The notes: a model not told the origin generated them from the letters alone. A stretch of DNA of 64,000 nucleotides from Candidatus Omnitrophota bacterium (GCA_014729775.1 WJJJ01000025.1:53790-117789), one strand, 5' to 3'. Positions 27,052 through 36,260 are shown, numbered from the stretch's first letter. Numbers and translations are program-made.

Positions 27052-27141
27052 ATGCCGTGTGGAAGAAAAAGAAAATTGAAGAAAGTGAAGCGTCACTGGT
27101 TCAAGAAGAGAAGAAAACAGCAGAGACATAAAGCGAAATAA
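27052..27141 (+). CDS. candidate 29-aa highly basic small protein (MPCGRKRKLKKVKRHWFKKRRKQQRHKAK)
   Basis: ATG with RBS 'gaaggag' 7 nt upstream. The stop taa overlaps the ATG of the next gene (taATG). Not on the ORF track because it is under 60 aa. Confidence 0.3.
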   Translation: MPCGRKRKLKKVKRHWFKKRRKQQRHKAK

Positions 27142-28106
27142 TGAGAGTCTGGACACTCTTTCTTGCTCTGATCCTTCTGGTTCATGTCGCAGGAGCGCAA
27201 ACCCGGAGGTATTCCGCCGGATTATACAGAGATTATCTTCAGGGAGTGTATGCCGCCGCCCGCGGAGATTATGAAACTGCGGTGCGGAAGTTGGAAGACG
27301 CCAAACGTTTTGACCCCGACGCTCCTCACCTGCGGGTGCGGCTTGCCACGTATTACATTAAGCTGGGACAGCTTGCGAAGGCGGAGAATGAACTTCAAGA
27401 GGTAAAGAATCTGGATCCCCGCAACGTTGATGCCTCTCTTGCGTTGATTTTTCTTTATTCGTACGGGCAGAAGGAAGAAGCCCTCGTACAGGAGTATGAG
27501 GACTTTTTAACACGCGCGCTGAAAATATCCCCGAAGGATCAGGAGATTCTCCTCCATCTGGCGCAGTACTATTTCCAGCAGCAGCGATACGAGAAGGCCG
27601 AGGAAATATACCAGAGGATGGTGGATGAAAATCCCGAGTACGTCGAAGGGTTGTTCTGGCTGGGATATTTGAAAGAAGAACTTGGGAACAGAAAAAAAGC
27701 AATTCGGCTGTGGAGGAAAGTGCTTGAGGTGGATGCGGATCACGCCCCTACGCTGAATTCGCTCGCCTACATTTACGCCGAAGAGGGAATTCGTTTGGCT
27801 CAGGCTGAATCCATGCTGAAAAATGCGCTTGCACAGGAACCGGAAAACGGCGCATATTTGGACAGCTTAGGCTGGGTTTACTATAAACAGGGGGAATACG
27901 CGCGGGCCGAAGAGGTCCTGCGGCAAGCGATCGGCCTGGTGAAAGATCCGGTGATTTACGAACATCTGGGCGATGTCTACCGTAAACTCGATCAGCCTCA
28001 CAAGGCGGCGCATTTCTATCGCGAAGGTCTTACTCATTTTCCCGAAAATGAACGGTTGCAGAGAAAGGTGAATCAGTATGGAGAAAATACGGTTCCTCAA
28101 GAATAA
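27141..28106 (+). CDS. secreted tetratricopeptide-repeat (TPR) protein
   Basis: Signal peptide 'MRVWTLFLALILLVHVAGAQ'; multiple TPR units ('YYIKLGQLAKAE', 'LGWVYYKQGEYARAE'). Confidence 0.8.
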   Translation: MRVWTLFLALILLVHVAGAQTRRYSAGLYRDYLQGVYAAARGDYETAVRKLEDAKRFDPDAPHLRVRLATYYIKLGQLAKAENELQEVKNLDPRNVDASLALIFLYSYGQKEEALVQEYEDFLTRALKISPKDQEILLHLAQYYFQQQRYEKAEEIYQRMVDENPEYVEGLFWLGYLKEELGNRKKAIRLWRKVLEVDADHAPTLNSLAYIYAEEGIRLAQAESMLKNALAQEPENGAYLDSLGWVYYKQGEYARAEEVLRQAIGLVKDPVIYEHLGDVYRKLDQPHKAAHFYREGLTHFPENERLQRKVNQYGENTVPQE

Positions 28107-28914
28107 CGCCAACCAGATGCGCAGGCTGATAGTGGAAATGCTCGCCAAAGCCGGGAGCGGCCATCCGGGCGGGTCCCTTTCCGCGACCGAAATCCTTGCC
28201 TGCCTTTTTTTTGAAGTTATGCGGCATGATCCGAAAAATCCCGGCTGGGAGGACCGCGACCGGTTTCATCTTTCAAAAGGGCACTGCTGCCCCGCTCTTT
28301 ACGCTGCGCTGGCGCTCAACGGGTATTTTCCCAAAGAAGAACTCATGCATCTTCGTTGTCTCGGTGCCAAACTGCAGGGACATCCCGACCGAAGAACTCC
28401 GGGAGTGTCGATGGCGAGCGGATCATTAGGAAAGGGGTTATCCGTGGCACTGGGTATGGCTCTTGCCGGAAAAATGGATAAAAAGGATTATCGAGTCTAC
28501 TGTGTGATGGGAGACGGGGAGATCCAGGAAGGGAATATATGGGAAGCCGCGATGGCCGCGGCGCATTTCAAGACGGATAATCTGTGCGGGATTCTGGACT
28601 ATAACCGGTTTCAGATTGACGGCCGTACCGAGGATATCATGAATCTCGAGCCGGTGGTCAACAAGTGGGAATCGTTCGGCTGGCATGTGATTGAATGTGA
28701 CGGGCACAATATCGAACTGCTAATCGAAGCTTTTCACCAGGCGAAAGGGATTCAGCAGAAGCCAACACTTATCGTGGCGCATACGGTCAAAGGGAAGGGG
28801 GTCTCATTCATGGAACACGTAGTGGATTTTCACGGGAGAGCCCCTACAACCAAAGAGCAGGAGATCGCATTCAAAGAACTTGAGGATATCGAGCGGGACG
28901 AGAGTCAGCTGTAA
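28078..28914 (+). CDS. transketolase, N-terminal (TPP-binding) subunit of split transketolase
   Basis: 'GHPGGSLSATEILACLFF' and 'GDGEIQEGNIWEA' TPP motifs; 278 aa. Confidence 0.9.
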   Translation: MEKIRFLKNNANQMRRLIVEMLAKAGSGHPGGSLSATEILACLFFEVMRHDPKNPGWEDRDRFHLSKGHCCPALYAALALNGYFPKEELMHLRCLGAKLQGHPDRRTPGVSMASGSLGKGLSVALGMALAGKMDKKDYRVYCVMGDGEIQEGNIWEAAMAAAHFKTDNLCGILDYNRFQIDGRTEDIMNLEPVVNKWESFGWHVIECDGHNIELLIEAFHQAKGIQQKPTLIVAHTVKGKGVSFMEHVVDFHGRAPTTKEQEIAFKELEDIERDESQL

Positions 28915-28927
28915 AGGGAGAGCATGC

Positions 28928-29869
28928 ATGGAAAAGTTGTACGCGCGTGATTTATATGGGCAGACGCTTCTTGAACTGGGGAAGAAAGATCCCCGGGTTG
29001 TCGTACTGGATGCGGATCTTTCCGGATCAACGCGAACCGCGATTTTTGGAAAGGAATTTCCCGAAAGATTTTTCAATGTAGGCGTCGCGGAACAAAATCT
29101 GATGGCCACCGCGGCCGGATTATCCAGCTGCGGCAAGATAGTGTTCGCCTCGACATTCGCGATGTTCGCCACTGCTCGGCCGCTGGATCAAATCAGAAAT
29201 ACCGTGTGCTACAACAACTGTAATGTCAAAATCGTGGCTACCCACGGAGGCATTACCGTAGGAGAGGACGGCGCTTCTCATCAGGCGATCGAAGATGTGG
29301 GATTTCTGCGTCCCATACCGAATATCAGAATTATCGTTCCCTGTGATGCCTGGGAAGCCAGAGCCGCCGTACTGGCCGCGTATGAAACAGAAGGCCCGTT
29401 CTACATCCGATTGGGCCGTTCGAAAGCACGAACGGTCACACAGAAGCCGCCTTTCGAGCTGGGGAAGGGACAGACGATCGAGGATGGCCGGGATGTAGCC
29501 CTTGTTGCTTGCGGCATCATGGTGAACGAGGCGCTTCAAGCCCGAGACGTGCTGAAAGAGCAGGGGATTTCTGCGGCAGTAATCAATATGCCGACGATTA
29601 AACCGGTCGATGAAGACTTGATCGTCCGGATGGCAGAGCGGTTCGGAAAGATCGTCGTATGTGAAGAACACCAGGTAATAGGAGGATTATATTCAGCGGT
29701 ATGCGAAGTGCTTGCCCGCACGCGGCCGGTCCGCGTAGCCGCGGTAGCCGTAGACAATAAATTCGGACAATCGGGAAATCCCGAGGAGTTAATGAAACAC
29801 TATGGTCTCACCCCTGGTGGAATCGCGGACAAAGCGGTCAACCTGTGCCGGCAGACGTCTGGTAATTAA
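28928..29869 (+). CDS. transketolase, C-terminal (pyrimidine-binding) subunit
   Basis: ATG at 28928 ('MEKLYARDLYGQ'); 'FNVGVAEQNLMATAAGL'; pairs with the upstream N-terminal subunit. Confidence 0.9.
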   Translation: MEKLYARDLYGQTLLELGKKDPRVVVLDADLSGSTRTAIFGKEFPERFFNVGVAEQNLMATAAGLSSCGKIVFASTFAMFATARPLDQIRNTVCYNNCNVKIVATHGGITVGEDGASHQAIEDVGFLRPIPNIRIIVPCDAWEARAAVLAAYETEGPFYIRLGRSKARTVTQKPPFELGKGQTIEDGRDVALVACGIMVNEALQARDVLKEQGISAAVINMPTIKPVDEDLIVRMAERFGKIVVCEEHQVIGGLYSAVCEVLARTRPVRVAAVAVDNKFGQSGNPEELMKHYGLTPGGIADKAVNLCRQTSGN

Positions 29870-30704
29870 AAGTCCCGCGAAAATCAACCTCTATTTGAAT
29901 CTGCTGGGCCGGTATCCGGTTCCCACTCCTTCCGGAATCCAGTCATATCATGAAATTGAAAGTATCGTGGAGCGGATATCGCTCTGCGACCGTATTGTGA
30001 TCGCGGTGCGTGCCGACCGGAGGATCACATTCGTCAGCGATTGCAGTGACCTTCCCGCGCGTAAGAATACCTGCGTGCAGGCGGCGCGTTTAATGCAAAA
30101 AGAATACGGGATCAGCGCGGGTTTCGATATCTGCCTGAAAAAAAACATTCCTGTCGGCGCCGGTCTCGGAGGAGGGTCCTCGAACGCGGCCAGCGTGATT
30201 CTGGGGATTTGTTCTCTGCTCGGTCTGCAGCTTTCCCGCGACCGGCTGTTCCTTCTGGGCGAACAAATCGGGAGTGACGTGAATTTCTTTCTCGCGCAGA
30301 CACCGTTCGCGGTGATGCGGGGACGCGGAGAGAAGATTTCCCCTTTTCAGGGACATCGCTTTTTGCATACGGTGGTCTGGCCGGGAGTATACTGTTCCAC
30401 AAAAAAGGTGTACGCACGCGTCACGAGAAAATTGACAAAAATTTTTGATAATGTTAAGATATTGCGGTACGCGATAAAGAACGGAGATGTGCAGCTTTCT
30501 CAACGAACGGCGTTTAACGCATTGGAACAGCCGGCACTCGAGGCGTATCCCGGTCTGCGGCGGGCAAAATGTTGTTTGCATGGAATTGACCGATATGTGC
30601 GAATCAGCGGAAGCGGAAGCGCGCTGTATACCATGGGCGCGAAAAGGATATCTTCCTCCTTTCGATTACACAACTTTGCGGTGTATAGAGTACACACATT
30701 TTAA
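29802..30704 (+). CDS. ispE: 4-diphosphocytidyl-2-C-methyl-D-erythritol kinase
   Basis: 'SPAKINLYLNLLGR' and GHMP 'PVGAGLGGGSSNAA' motifs. The start is uncertain: the ATG at 29802 overlaps tktC by 68 nt. Confidence 0.8.
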   Translation: MVSPLVESRTKRSTCAGRRLVIKSPAKINLYLNLLGRYPVPTPSGIQSYHEIESIVERISLCDRIVIAVRADRRITFVSDCSDLPARKNTCVQAARLMQKEYGISAGFDICLKKNIPVGAGLGGGSSNAASVILGICSLLGLQLSRDRLFLLGEQIGSDVNFFLAQTPFAVMRGRGEKISPFQGHRFLHTVVWPGVYCSTKKVYARVTRKLTKIFDNVKILRYAIKNGDVQLSQRTAFNALEQPALEAYPGLRRAKCCLHGIDRYVRISGSGSALYTMGAKRISSSFRLHNFAVYRVHTF

Positions 30705-30839
30705 CGCATAGACGTTCGCGGAACAAAGCGCAGTATCACGAAGGTACATGCCGAAATCTCGTGACCGCAGGGGAAGGGGAAAATTTCCCGCGGCCGGGAC
30801 CACGCGCGCGAACACCACGGGAAAAGGAGGGGATGTCCT

Positions 30840-31268
30840 ATGGAAATCACTGAAGTACGTGTGTCGTTGATTGAACGTGACGGGAAGCGGCTGAAGGCTT
30901 ACGCGACAGTGACGTTCGATAATTCGTTTGTCGTCCGCAACATTAAGGTGGTGGAAGGGAATAACGGGTTGTTCGTGGCGATGCCCGCCCGAAAAATGAA
31001 ACAATTCTGTCCTCGTTGCGGGAAAAAAGTCGACGTGGGCAGTAAGTTCTGTAATCATTGCGCTCTTCAGCTTCCGCCGCCCTCCGGCGACCTCGCGACA
31101 AACCGTCAGGCGACCCATCAAGACTTGGCGCATCCAATCAACCAGCAGTTCCGCGATTACCTTCAAGGGAAAGTGTTGGAGGCGTTCACGCATGAACAGC
31201 AGGCGAAACGTGCTCCTGAAGATCCGGCGGTTTCCCCTGCCGTTGAAGAAGAATCCCGCAATCTCTAA
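30840..31268 (+). CDS. spoVG: SpoVG-family protein with C-terminal zinc-ribbon extension
   Basis: 'MEITEVRVSLIERDGKRLKAYATVTFDNSFVVRNIKVVEGNNGLFVAMPARK' is canonical SpoVG. It is followed by 'CPRCGKKVDVGSKFCNHC' and a ~50-aa tail. Confidence 0.85.
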   Translation: MEITEVRVSLIERDGKRLKAYATVTFDNSFVVRNIKVVEGNNGLFVAMPARKMKQFCPRCGKKVDVGSKFCNHCALQLPPPSGDLATNRQATHQDLAHPINQQFRDYLQGKVLEAFTHEQQAKRAPEDPAVSPAVEEESRNL

Positions 31269-31309
31269 GACGGGTGTGCGGGACAGGAAATTTCCCGCAA
31301 CACCGCATT

Positions 31310-31381
31310 TGCCCGGTAGTGTAATTGGCAACACATCAGATTTTGGTTCTGACGTTCCTGGTTCGAGTCCAGGCCGGGCAG
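31310..31381 (+). tRNA. tRNA-Gln (anticodon UUG)
   Basis: Manually folded cloverleaf: acceptor TGCCCGG/CCGGGCA (U1-A72 as in bacterial tRNA-Gln), D-stem GTGT/ACAC, anticodon stem TCAGA/TCTGA with loop TTTTGGT (anticodon TTG), T-arm CCTGG-TTCGAGT-CCAGG. No encoded CCA. Confidence 0.8.
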
Positions 31382-31527
31382 TATATGCATCCGGGGGGGC
31401 GGTGAACGAAGTGGCGAGAATGATCCCGGTAAATGCAAACGGCTGTGACCGGCACCCGCCGAATTTTCGCCCGGAGAGCGGATCGGTCTTGTAGGCAACC
31501 TGCCGCTTCGGGGCAAAAGAAACGCGT

Positions 31528-32340
31528 ATGTGTGATCAAAACCATAAACGGCAAAGTGTTTCTGCTGTCGTTCTTGCGGCAGGACAAGGTACCCGAATGC
31601 GGTCGGATCTCCCCAAGGTACTCCATCCGCTTGCGGGGGAGCCGATGATTCTGCATATTTTGAGGAAGCTGCGTTCAATTCCCCGCGTAAAGCAGATTCT
31701 GTTGGTAATCAAGCACCAGGCTTCTCTCGTTGCTGAGCGTGTCCGTGATTGTTTTCCGGAAGAGGAAAGAATTCAGTATGTGCTGCAGGGAGAGGAGAAC
31801 GGCACCGCGTCTGCGGTTGCCTCCGCGCTTGTCCGCGTGACCCAACCCCATGTGCTGATCCTGTGCGGGGACGCCCCTTTGATCCGAAAGTCGACGATCG
31901 ACGCGGTTCTCGATGAGTATTTCAAAGAGGATTCGGCCGGTCTGGTGGTGAGCGCGCTGCGGAACGAACCCAATGATCTGGGGCGAATATGCCGCGATTC
32001 CCGGGGAAACCTGACCGCTATTTGCGAAAAAGGAAGCGGCCCGGCGTACCGGCAGAGCTGCGAGGTGAACAGCGGAATGTACTGTTATCCCGTTTCCGTG
32101 CTCAGGGATACCATTCCCAAAATTGCTCCGAATACGAAAAAGAACGAATATTATCTTACCGATATGGTGCGAATTCTGGCCGGGAACGGCAAGCGTCTCA
32201 CCAGCTTTGTGGTTCCCGATTACCGGGAGATTTTAGGCGTGAACACGGTGGATGATCTGTACCAGGCCGAAAAAATAATCCTGAAATACGAAAACGGTAC
32301 TGCTTCCTTCCCGGGACCGGATCCGGAGCAATCCCCGTGA
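31528..32340 (+). CDS. UDP-N-acetylglucosamine pyrophosphorylase domain protein (GlmU N-terminal uridyltransferase domain only)
   Basis: 'VLAAGQGTRMRSDLPKVLHPLAG', 'LQGEENGTASAV', 'ILCGDAPLI' and 'NEYYLTDMV' track E. coli GlmU residues 1-230. There is no left-handed beta-helix acetyltransferase domain (270 aa total). Confidence 0.8.
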   Translation: MCDQNHKRQSVSAVVLAAGQGTRMRSDLPKVLHPLAGEPMILHILRKLRSIPRVKQILLVIKHQASLVAERVRDCFPEEERIQYVLQGEENGTASAVASALVRVTQPHVLILCGDAPLIRKSTIDAVLDEYFKEDSAGLVVSALRNEPNDLGRICRDSRGNLTAICEKGSGPAYRQSCEVNSGMYCYPVSVLRDTIPKIAPNTKKNEYYLTDMVRILAGNGKRLTSFVVPDYREILGVNTVDDLYQAEKIILKYENGTASFPGPDPEQSP

Positions 32341-32380
32341 TTTTCTTGAATTTAGCCCTTTACCTTTCCCGGAAACGGTG

Positions 32381-32388
32381 CTATAATT
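32381..32388 (+). promoter_or_regulatory. possible extended -10 element (TGcTATAAT) upstream of prs
   Basis: 'tgctataat' lies 46 nt before the prs ATG. No good -35 at 17-nt spacing. Confidence 0.25.
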
Positions 32389-32433
32389 GCGAAATTGTCT
32401 GCGGGAGAATAGGATATATCCGGAACAGATGTC

Positions 32434-33381
32434 ATGGATAACCTGATCATTTTAAGCGGAAGCGCACATTCCAAATTGACAGACGGTATTTGCGGCCATC
32501 TGGGACTTGAACCGGCAGAAGCCCTTGTGTCACGGTTCAGCGACGGCGAGGTACGGGTGGCCGTGTACGAAAATGTGCGCGGGAAAGACGTGTTTGTGGT
32601 ACAGCCGACGTGTCCGCCCGTGAATGAAAATCTCATGGAATTGCTGATCATGCTTGACGCGCTGCGCCGTGCCTCAGCGAAACGGATTACGGCGGTGATT
32701 CCCTACTTCGGGTATGCCCGGCAGGACCGGAAAGATCAGCCCCGCGTGCCGATTACCGCTAAGCTTGCGGCGAATCTGCTTACTGGAGCCGGCGCAAACC
32801 GGGTGTTAACGCTCGATTTGCACGCGGGACAGGTACAGGGGTTCTTTGATATTCCGGTTGATCATCTTTACGGGGTAAACGTATTTTTCGATCATTTTAA
32901 AAATATGGATATGGACGGTCTGAATGTGGTGTCGCCCGATGTCGGCGGAATTAAAATGGCCCGTGCCTACGCTAAAAAGTTTCAGGCGGGATTAGCGATT
33001 GTGGATAAGCGCCGTAATACTCCGGAATCGACAGAGGTGATGCATATCCTGGGCGAAGTGAAGGGGAAAAACGTGATCCTTGTCGATGACATCATCGCCA
33101 CCGGAAGTTCTTTGGTCGAAGCCGCGCAGGCGCTCAAAGACGCGGGGGCGAAGAAAATATTCGCCGCGATCACTCACGGGATTTTGTCCTCTACGGCGGT
33201 GGAGAAGGTGGCAAACTCAAAGATAGACGAGTTAGTGATTACGGATTCCATTCCTTTGCCGGAAGGAAAACAGCATGAAAAGATCAAAGTGGTATCCGTA
33301 GGCCTGCTGTTCGCGGAGGCGATAAAAAGGATTCATTTCGAACAGTCGATAAGTGTGTTGTTTGACGGAATAGGGAGATAG
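32434..33381 (+). CDS. prs: ribose-phosphate pyrophosphokinase
   Basis: 'ILSGSAHSKL', 'FSDGEVRV' and the PRPP-binding 'ILVDDIIATGSS' motif. Confidence 0.93.
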   Translation: MDNLIILSGSAHSKLTDGICGHLGLEPAEALVSRFSDGEVRVAVYENVRGKDVFVVQPTCPPVNENLMELLIMLDALRRASAKRITAVIPYFGYARQDRKDQPRVPITAKLAANLLTGAGANRVLTLDLHAGQVQGFFDIPVDHLYGVNVFFDHFKNMDMDGLNVVSPDVGGIKMARAYAKKFQAGLAIVDKRRNTPESTEVMHILGEVKGKNVILVDDIIATGSSLVEAAQALKDAGAKKIFAAITHGILSSTAVEKVANSKIDELVITDSIPLPEGKQHEKIKVVSVGLLFAEAIKRIHFEQSISVLFDGIGR

Positions 33382-33382
33382 T

Positions 33383-34108
33383 ATGGAAAGAATTCAGATC
33401 GAAACGCAAAAAAGAGTAAAGCTCGGGAAAGAGGCGAATAAAAAAATGAGGCGCGGCGGAGAAGTTCCTGCCGTCGTCTACGACAAGGAAATGAACGTTC
33501 CGATACGCATATCGCACGATGCGCTGATGAAACTGCGCGCGGTACATTTCGCCGAAAGCGTGATTGTCGACATGACGATCCAAAACGGAACATCCGGGAA
33601 AGATTCCGTGCCGGTGATCATCAAAGCGCTGCAGCATCATCCGTTGAGTGAGGAAATTATTCATATCGATTTTTTAAAAGTTTCTCTGACCGAAAAAATC
33701 CAGGTGCATGTGCCGGTTTCACTTAAAGGGGAGATCAAGGAAGTGAAAGAAGGAGAAGCGGTGCTGGAGCAGATGCTGCGAGAAGTGGAAATCGAATGTC
33801 TCCCGACGGATATCCCGGACAAAATACAGGTTGACGTGTCGGAATTGACCATAGGTCATTCCTTTCACGTTGCCGACATAAAAACCGCTCCCGAGATTAA
33901 GGTGGTGACCCCGGGTGAGGATACCATCGCGACAGTAGTGTATAAGGAAGAAGAGCCGATAGAAACTCCCGAAGCGGTTGAAGGCGAAGAGCCGGAAGTG
34001 ATCAAGGCAGAGGGAGCCGAAGAAGAAGGCGCTGAGGGCGAAGAAAAAGGCGAGGGCGGGGAAGAGACCGTCCAGAAGGAGCCGAAGGAAGAAAAGAAAA
34101 AAGAATAG
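33383..34108 (+). CDS. rplY: 50S ribosomal protein L25/general stress protein Ctc, with acidic low-complexity tail
   Basis: 'RRGGEVPAVVY' and 'IHIDFLKV' L25 blocks; conserved prs-rplY-pth order; C-terminal E/G/K-rich tail. Confidence 0.88.
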   Translation: MERIQIETQKRVKLGKEANKKMRRGGEVPAVVYDKEMNVPIRISHDALMKLRAVHFAESVIVDMTIQNGTSGKDSVPVIIKALQHHPLSEEIIHIDFLKVSLTEKIQVHVPVSLKGEIKEVKEGEAVLEQMLREVEIECLPTDIPDKIQVDVSELTIGHSFHVADIKTAPEIKVVTPGEDTIATVVYKEEEPIETPEAVEGEEPEVIKAEGAEEEGAEGEEKGEGGEETVQKEPKEEKKKE

Positions 34109-34130
34109 CCCGCGGTCGCAGGAATTCGCA

Positions 34131-34724
34131 TTGACAGAGAGAAAGGCAATTGTTGGTCTTGGGAATCCCGGGAGGAAATACCGGCACAACCGTCACAATA
34201 TCGGCTATATGGTTCTTGAAAACGTGGCGGATAAATGGAATGTAAGGTGGCGCGGCTCCCGTCGTACCAGGACTGACAGCGCGCGTTATGCGGGAAACGA
34301 AGGAGAAATTATTCTCGCCAAGCCGCGCACATTCATGAATTGTGCCGGGACGGCCGTCGCCGCGCTCGCAACGGAATATGGAATATCCCCGGACCGAATG
34401 CTCGTCGTGTATGACGAGATCGATTTAGCGTACGGGCGGCTCCGGTTTAAACCAGAAGGATCGAGCGGGGGACACAAAGGGATGCAGTCCGTGATTGAAT
34501 CGCTCCACACTGCCGAGATCCCGCGTTTGCGAATCGGGATCGGCCGGGGCGCGGAACTGTCCGTAAGTGAATATGTGCTTTCTGATTTTACGGCGGACGA
34601 GCGAAGCCGGCTCACACAAATCGTGACCCGCGCCGGCAGGGCGTGTATCGACTGGGCTGTGCGGGGCAACGAATTTGTAATGCAGGCGTATAACCGAAAA
34701 CACAAGACGGAAAACACACAATGA
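34131..34724 (+). CDS. pth: peptidyl-tRNA hydrolase
   Basis: 'AIVGLGNPGRKYRHNRHNIGYMVLE' Pth signature. The start at 34131 is TTG; there is no nearby in-frame ATG. Confidence 0.88.
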   Translation: MTERKAIVGLGNPGRKYRHNRHNIGYMVLENVADKWNVRWRGSRRTRTDSARYAGNEGEIILAKPRTFMNCAGTAVAALATEYGISPDRMLVVYDEIDLAYGRLRFKPEGSSGGHKGMQSVIESLHTAEIPRLRIGIGRGAELSVSEYVLSDFTADERSRLTQIVTRAGRACIDWAVRGNEFVMQAYNRKHKTENTQ

Positions 34725-34740
34725 GGGAAAAGGAGGAAGA

Positions 34741-35082
34741 GTGGAACGCGTATATGAAAGTATGATGATCCTGGTGCCGGATATCGACGAGGAGTCGCGT
34801 CAGGAAGCGTGCGACAAAATATCGAAAAAGATCGAACAGCTCGCGGGAAAAGTCATGAGCTCACGGGTGTGGGCGAAAGAACGAAATTTTAATTTCATTA
34901 TCCGCAGCCGCGCAGCCGGAAAGAAAAAATACGAGAGAGGGACCTATTGGCTGATTCTTTTTTCGCTGGATACCGCGGAATTGCCCGCATTGAAGGAAAC
35001 GATCCGGTTGGAGGAACGCATATTGCGTCATATCATCACCCGTAAGGAAAAGCACCAGCTTGCCGGGACCTCGGCGCAATGA
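34741..35082 (+). CDS. rpsF: 30S ribosomal protein S6
   Basis: GTG start with RBS 'aggagg'; 'YESMMILVPDIDEE' S6-like N-terminus; rpsF-ssb-rpsR-rplI order. Confidence 0.85.
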   Translation: MERVYESMMILVPDIDEESRQEACDKISKKIEQLAGKVMSSRVWAKERNFNFIIRSRAAGKKKYERGTYWLILFSLDTAELPALKETIRLEERILRHIITRKEKHQLAGTSAQ

Positions 35083-35099
35083 GATAACAAGGAGGAAGA

Positions 35100-35522
35100 A
35101 TGGTAAGTCTGAACAGAGTGTATTTGGTCGGAAATCTCACCCGGGACCCTGAATTGAGGTATACCCCGCAGGGGACAGCCGTGGGGACACTGAGGATCGC
35201 GGTCAATACGCCCTTTAAAGATAAATCAGGCCAAATGCAGCAGGATACCTGTTTTATTAACGTGGTCGTATGGTCGCAGATGGCCGAAGTGTGTAATCAA
35301 TATTTACAGAAAGGGCGTCAGGTGCTCGTAGAGGGGCGTCTGCAGTCCCGTTCCTGGCAGGATAATGAAGGAAAAAAGCGTACTACGATCGAAGTGCGGG
35401 CGTCGCGGGTCCAGTTCATGCCCCGGGGAGGTGCCCGCGAAGAAAGCCGGGAAGCGGATCTCGGTGACGGGCCTGAAGAAGTCGTGAATCTTGAGAATGA
35501 AGGAGCGCGGGACGCGATTTAA
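35100..35522 (+). CDS. ssb: single-stranded DNA-binding protein
   Basis: 'NRVYLVGNLTRDPELRYTPQGTAVGTLRIAVN' OB-fold; RBS 'ggagg'. The C-terminus ends '...ENEGARDAI' rather than the canonical D-D-D-I-P-F tip. Confidence 0.88.
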   Translation: MVSLNRVYLVGNLTRDPELRYTPQGTAVGTLRIAVNTPFKDKSGQMQQDTCFINVVVWSQMAEVCNQYLQKGRQVLVEGRLQSRSWQDNEGKKRTTIEVRASRVQFMPRGGAREESREADLGDGPEEVVNLENEGARDAI

Positions 35523-35541
35523 GGTATGTGGAGGTAAATGA

Positions 35542-35772
35542 ATGGCGAGAAAAAAACCAAAAGTGGTGCGGTTCAAAAAGAGCTGTGTTTTCTGTAAAAA
35601 AGATTTGGATATTGATTATAAGAATCTGGAGCTTCTCGGAAGATACGTGTCTTCGAAAGGAAAAATCGCGTCACGGCGAATAACCGGAAATTGCGCTCGG
35701 CATCAGCGTAAACTCACCCGGGAGATCAAACGGGCCCGGTATTTAAGTCTGTTACGGTACGTAGCCCGCTGA
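35542..35772 (+). CDS. rpsR: 30S ribosomal protein S18
   Basis: '[29 protein letters not shown]...RHQRKL' S18 signature. Confidence 0.9.
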   Translation: MARKKPKVVRFKKSCVFCKKDLDIDYKNLELLGRYVSSKGKIASRRITGNCARHQRKLTREIKRARYLSLLRYVAR

Positions 35773-35816
35773 TTCCGTGTACAGTTGACAGTCACAGTAA
35801 TCCAAGGAGAACCTCA

Positions 35817-36260
35817 ATGAAAGTGATTCTGCTCAGACCGTTTCAAAAGTTGGGAGAAGAAGGGGAAGTGGTGGAAGTCAAAGGCGGATACGCCCGCAAT
35901 TACCTTATTCCCCGCGGCATCGTGATGCACGCGACGAAGGACAGCTATAAGAAGATAGAAGAACTGAAAGAACGCCGCCGTAAACAGGAGGCTCAGGAAC
36001 GGGGGCGCGCCGAAGAATTGAAGCAAAAATTAAAAGCCTTGTCGGTCACCATCGCGTGCGAGGTGAAAAACGAAGAAGAAATCTTCGGGTCGGTCGCGGA
36101 ACCTCAAATACGCCAGGCGCTCCAGGACGAAGAGATTGATCTCCAGGGAGCCAAAATAGAAATGGCCGAACCCATACGGAAGCTCGGGGCATACAACCTG
36201 ACCGTGCATCTTACTGCCGGTATCGACGCAGCAATCCGCGTCTGGGTTGTGAAGAAATAA
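35817..36260 (+). CDS. rplI: 50S ribosomal protein L9
   Basis: 'MKVILLRPFQKLGEEGEVVEVKGGYARNYLIPRGIV' L9 N-domain. Confidence 0.9.
   Translation: MKVILLRPFQKLGEEGEVVEVKGGYARNYLIPRGIVMHATKDSYKKIEELKERRRKQEAQERGRAEELKQKLKALSVTIACEVKNEEEIFGSVAEPQIRQALQDEEIDLQGAKIEMAEPIRKLGAYNLTVHLTAGIDAAIRVWVVKK

Noticed and set aside
33940-34108. Low-complexity E/G/K/A-rich stretch
   Set aside because: It is the acidic C-terminal tail of the L25/Ctc ribosomal protein, a known feature, not a repeat element or separate gene.
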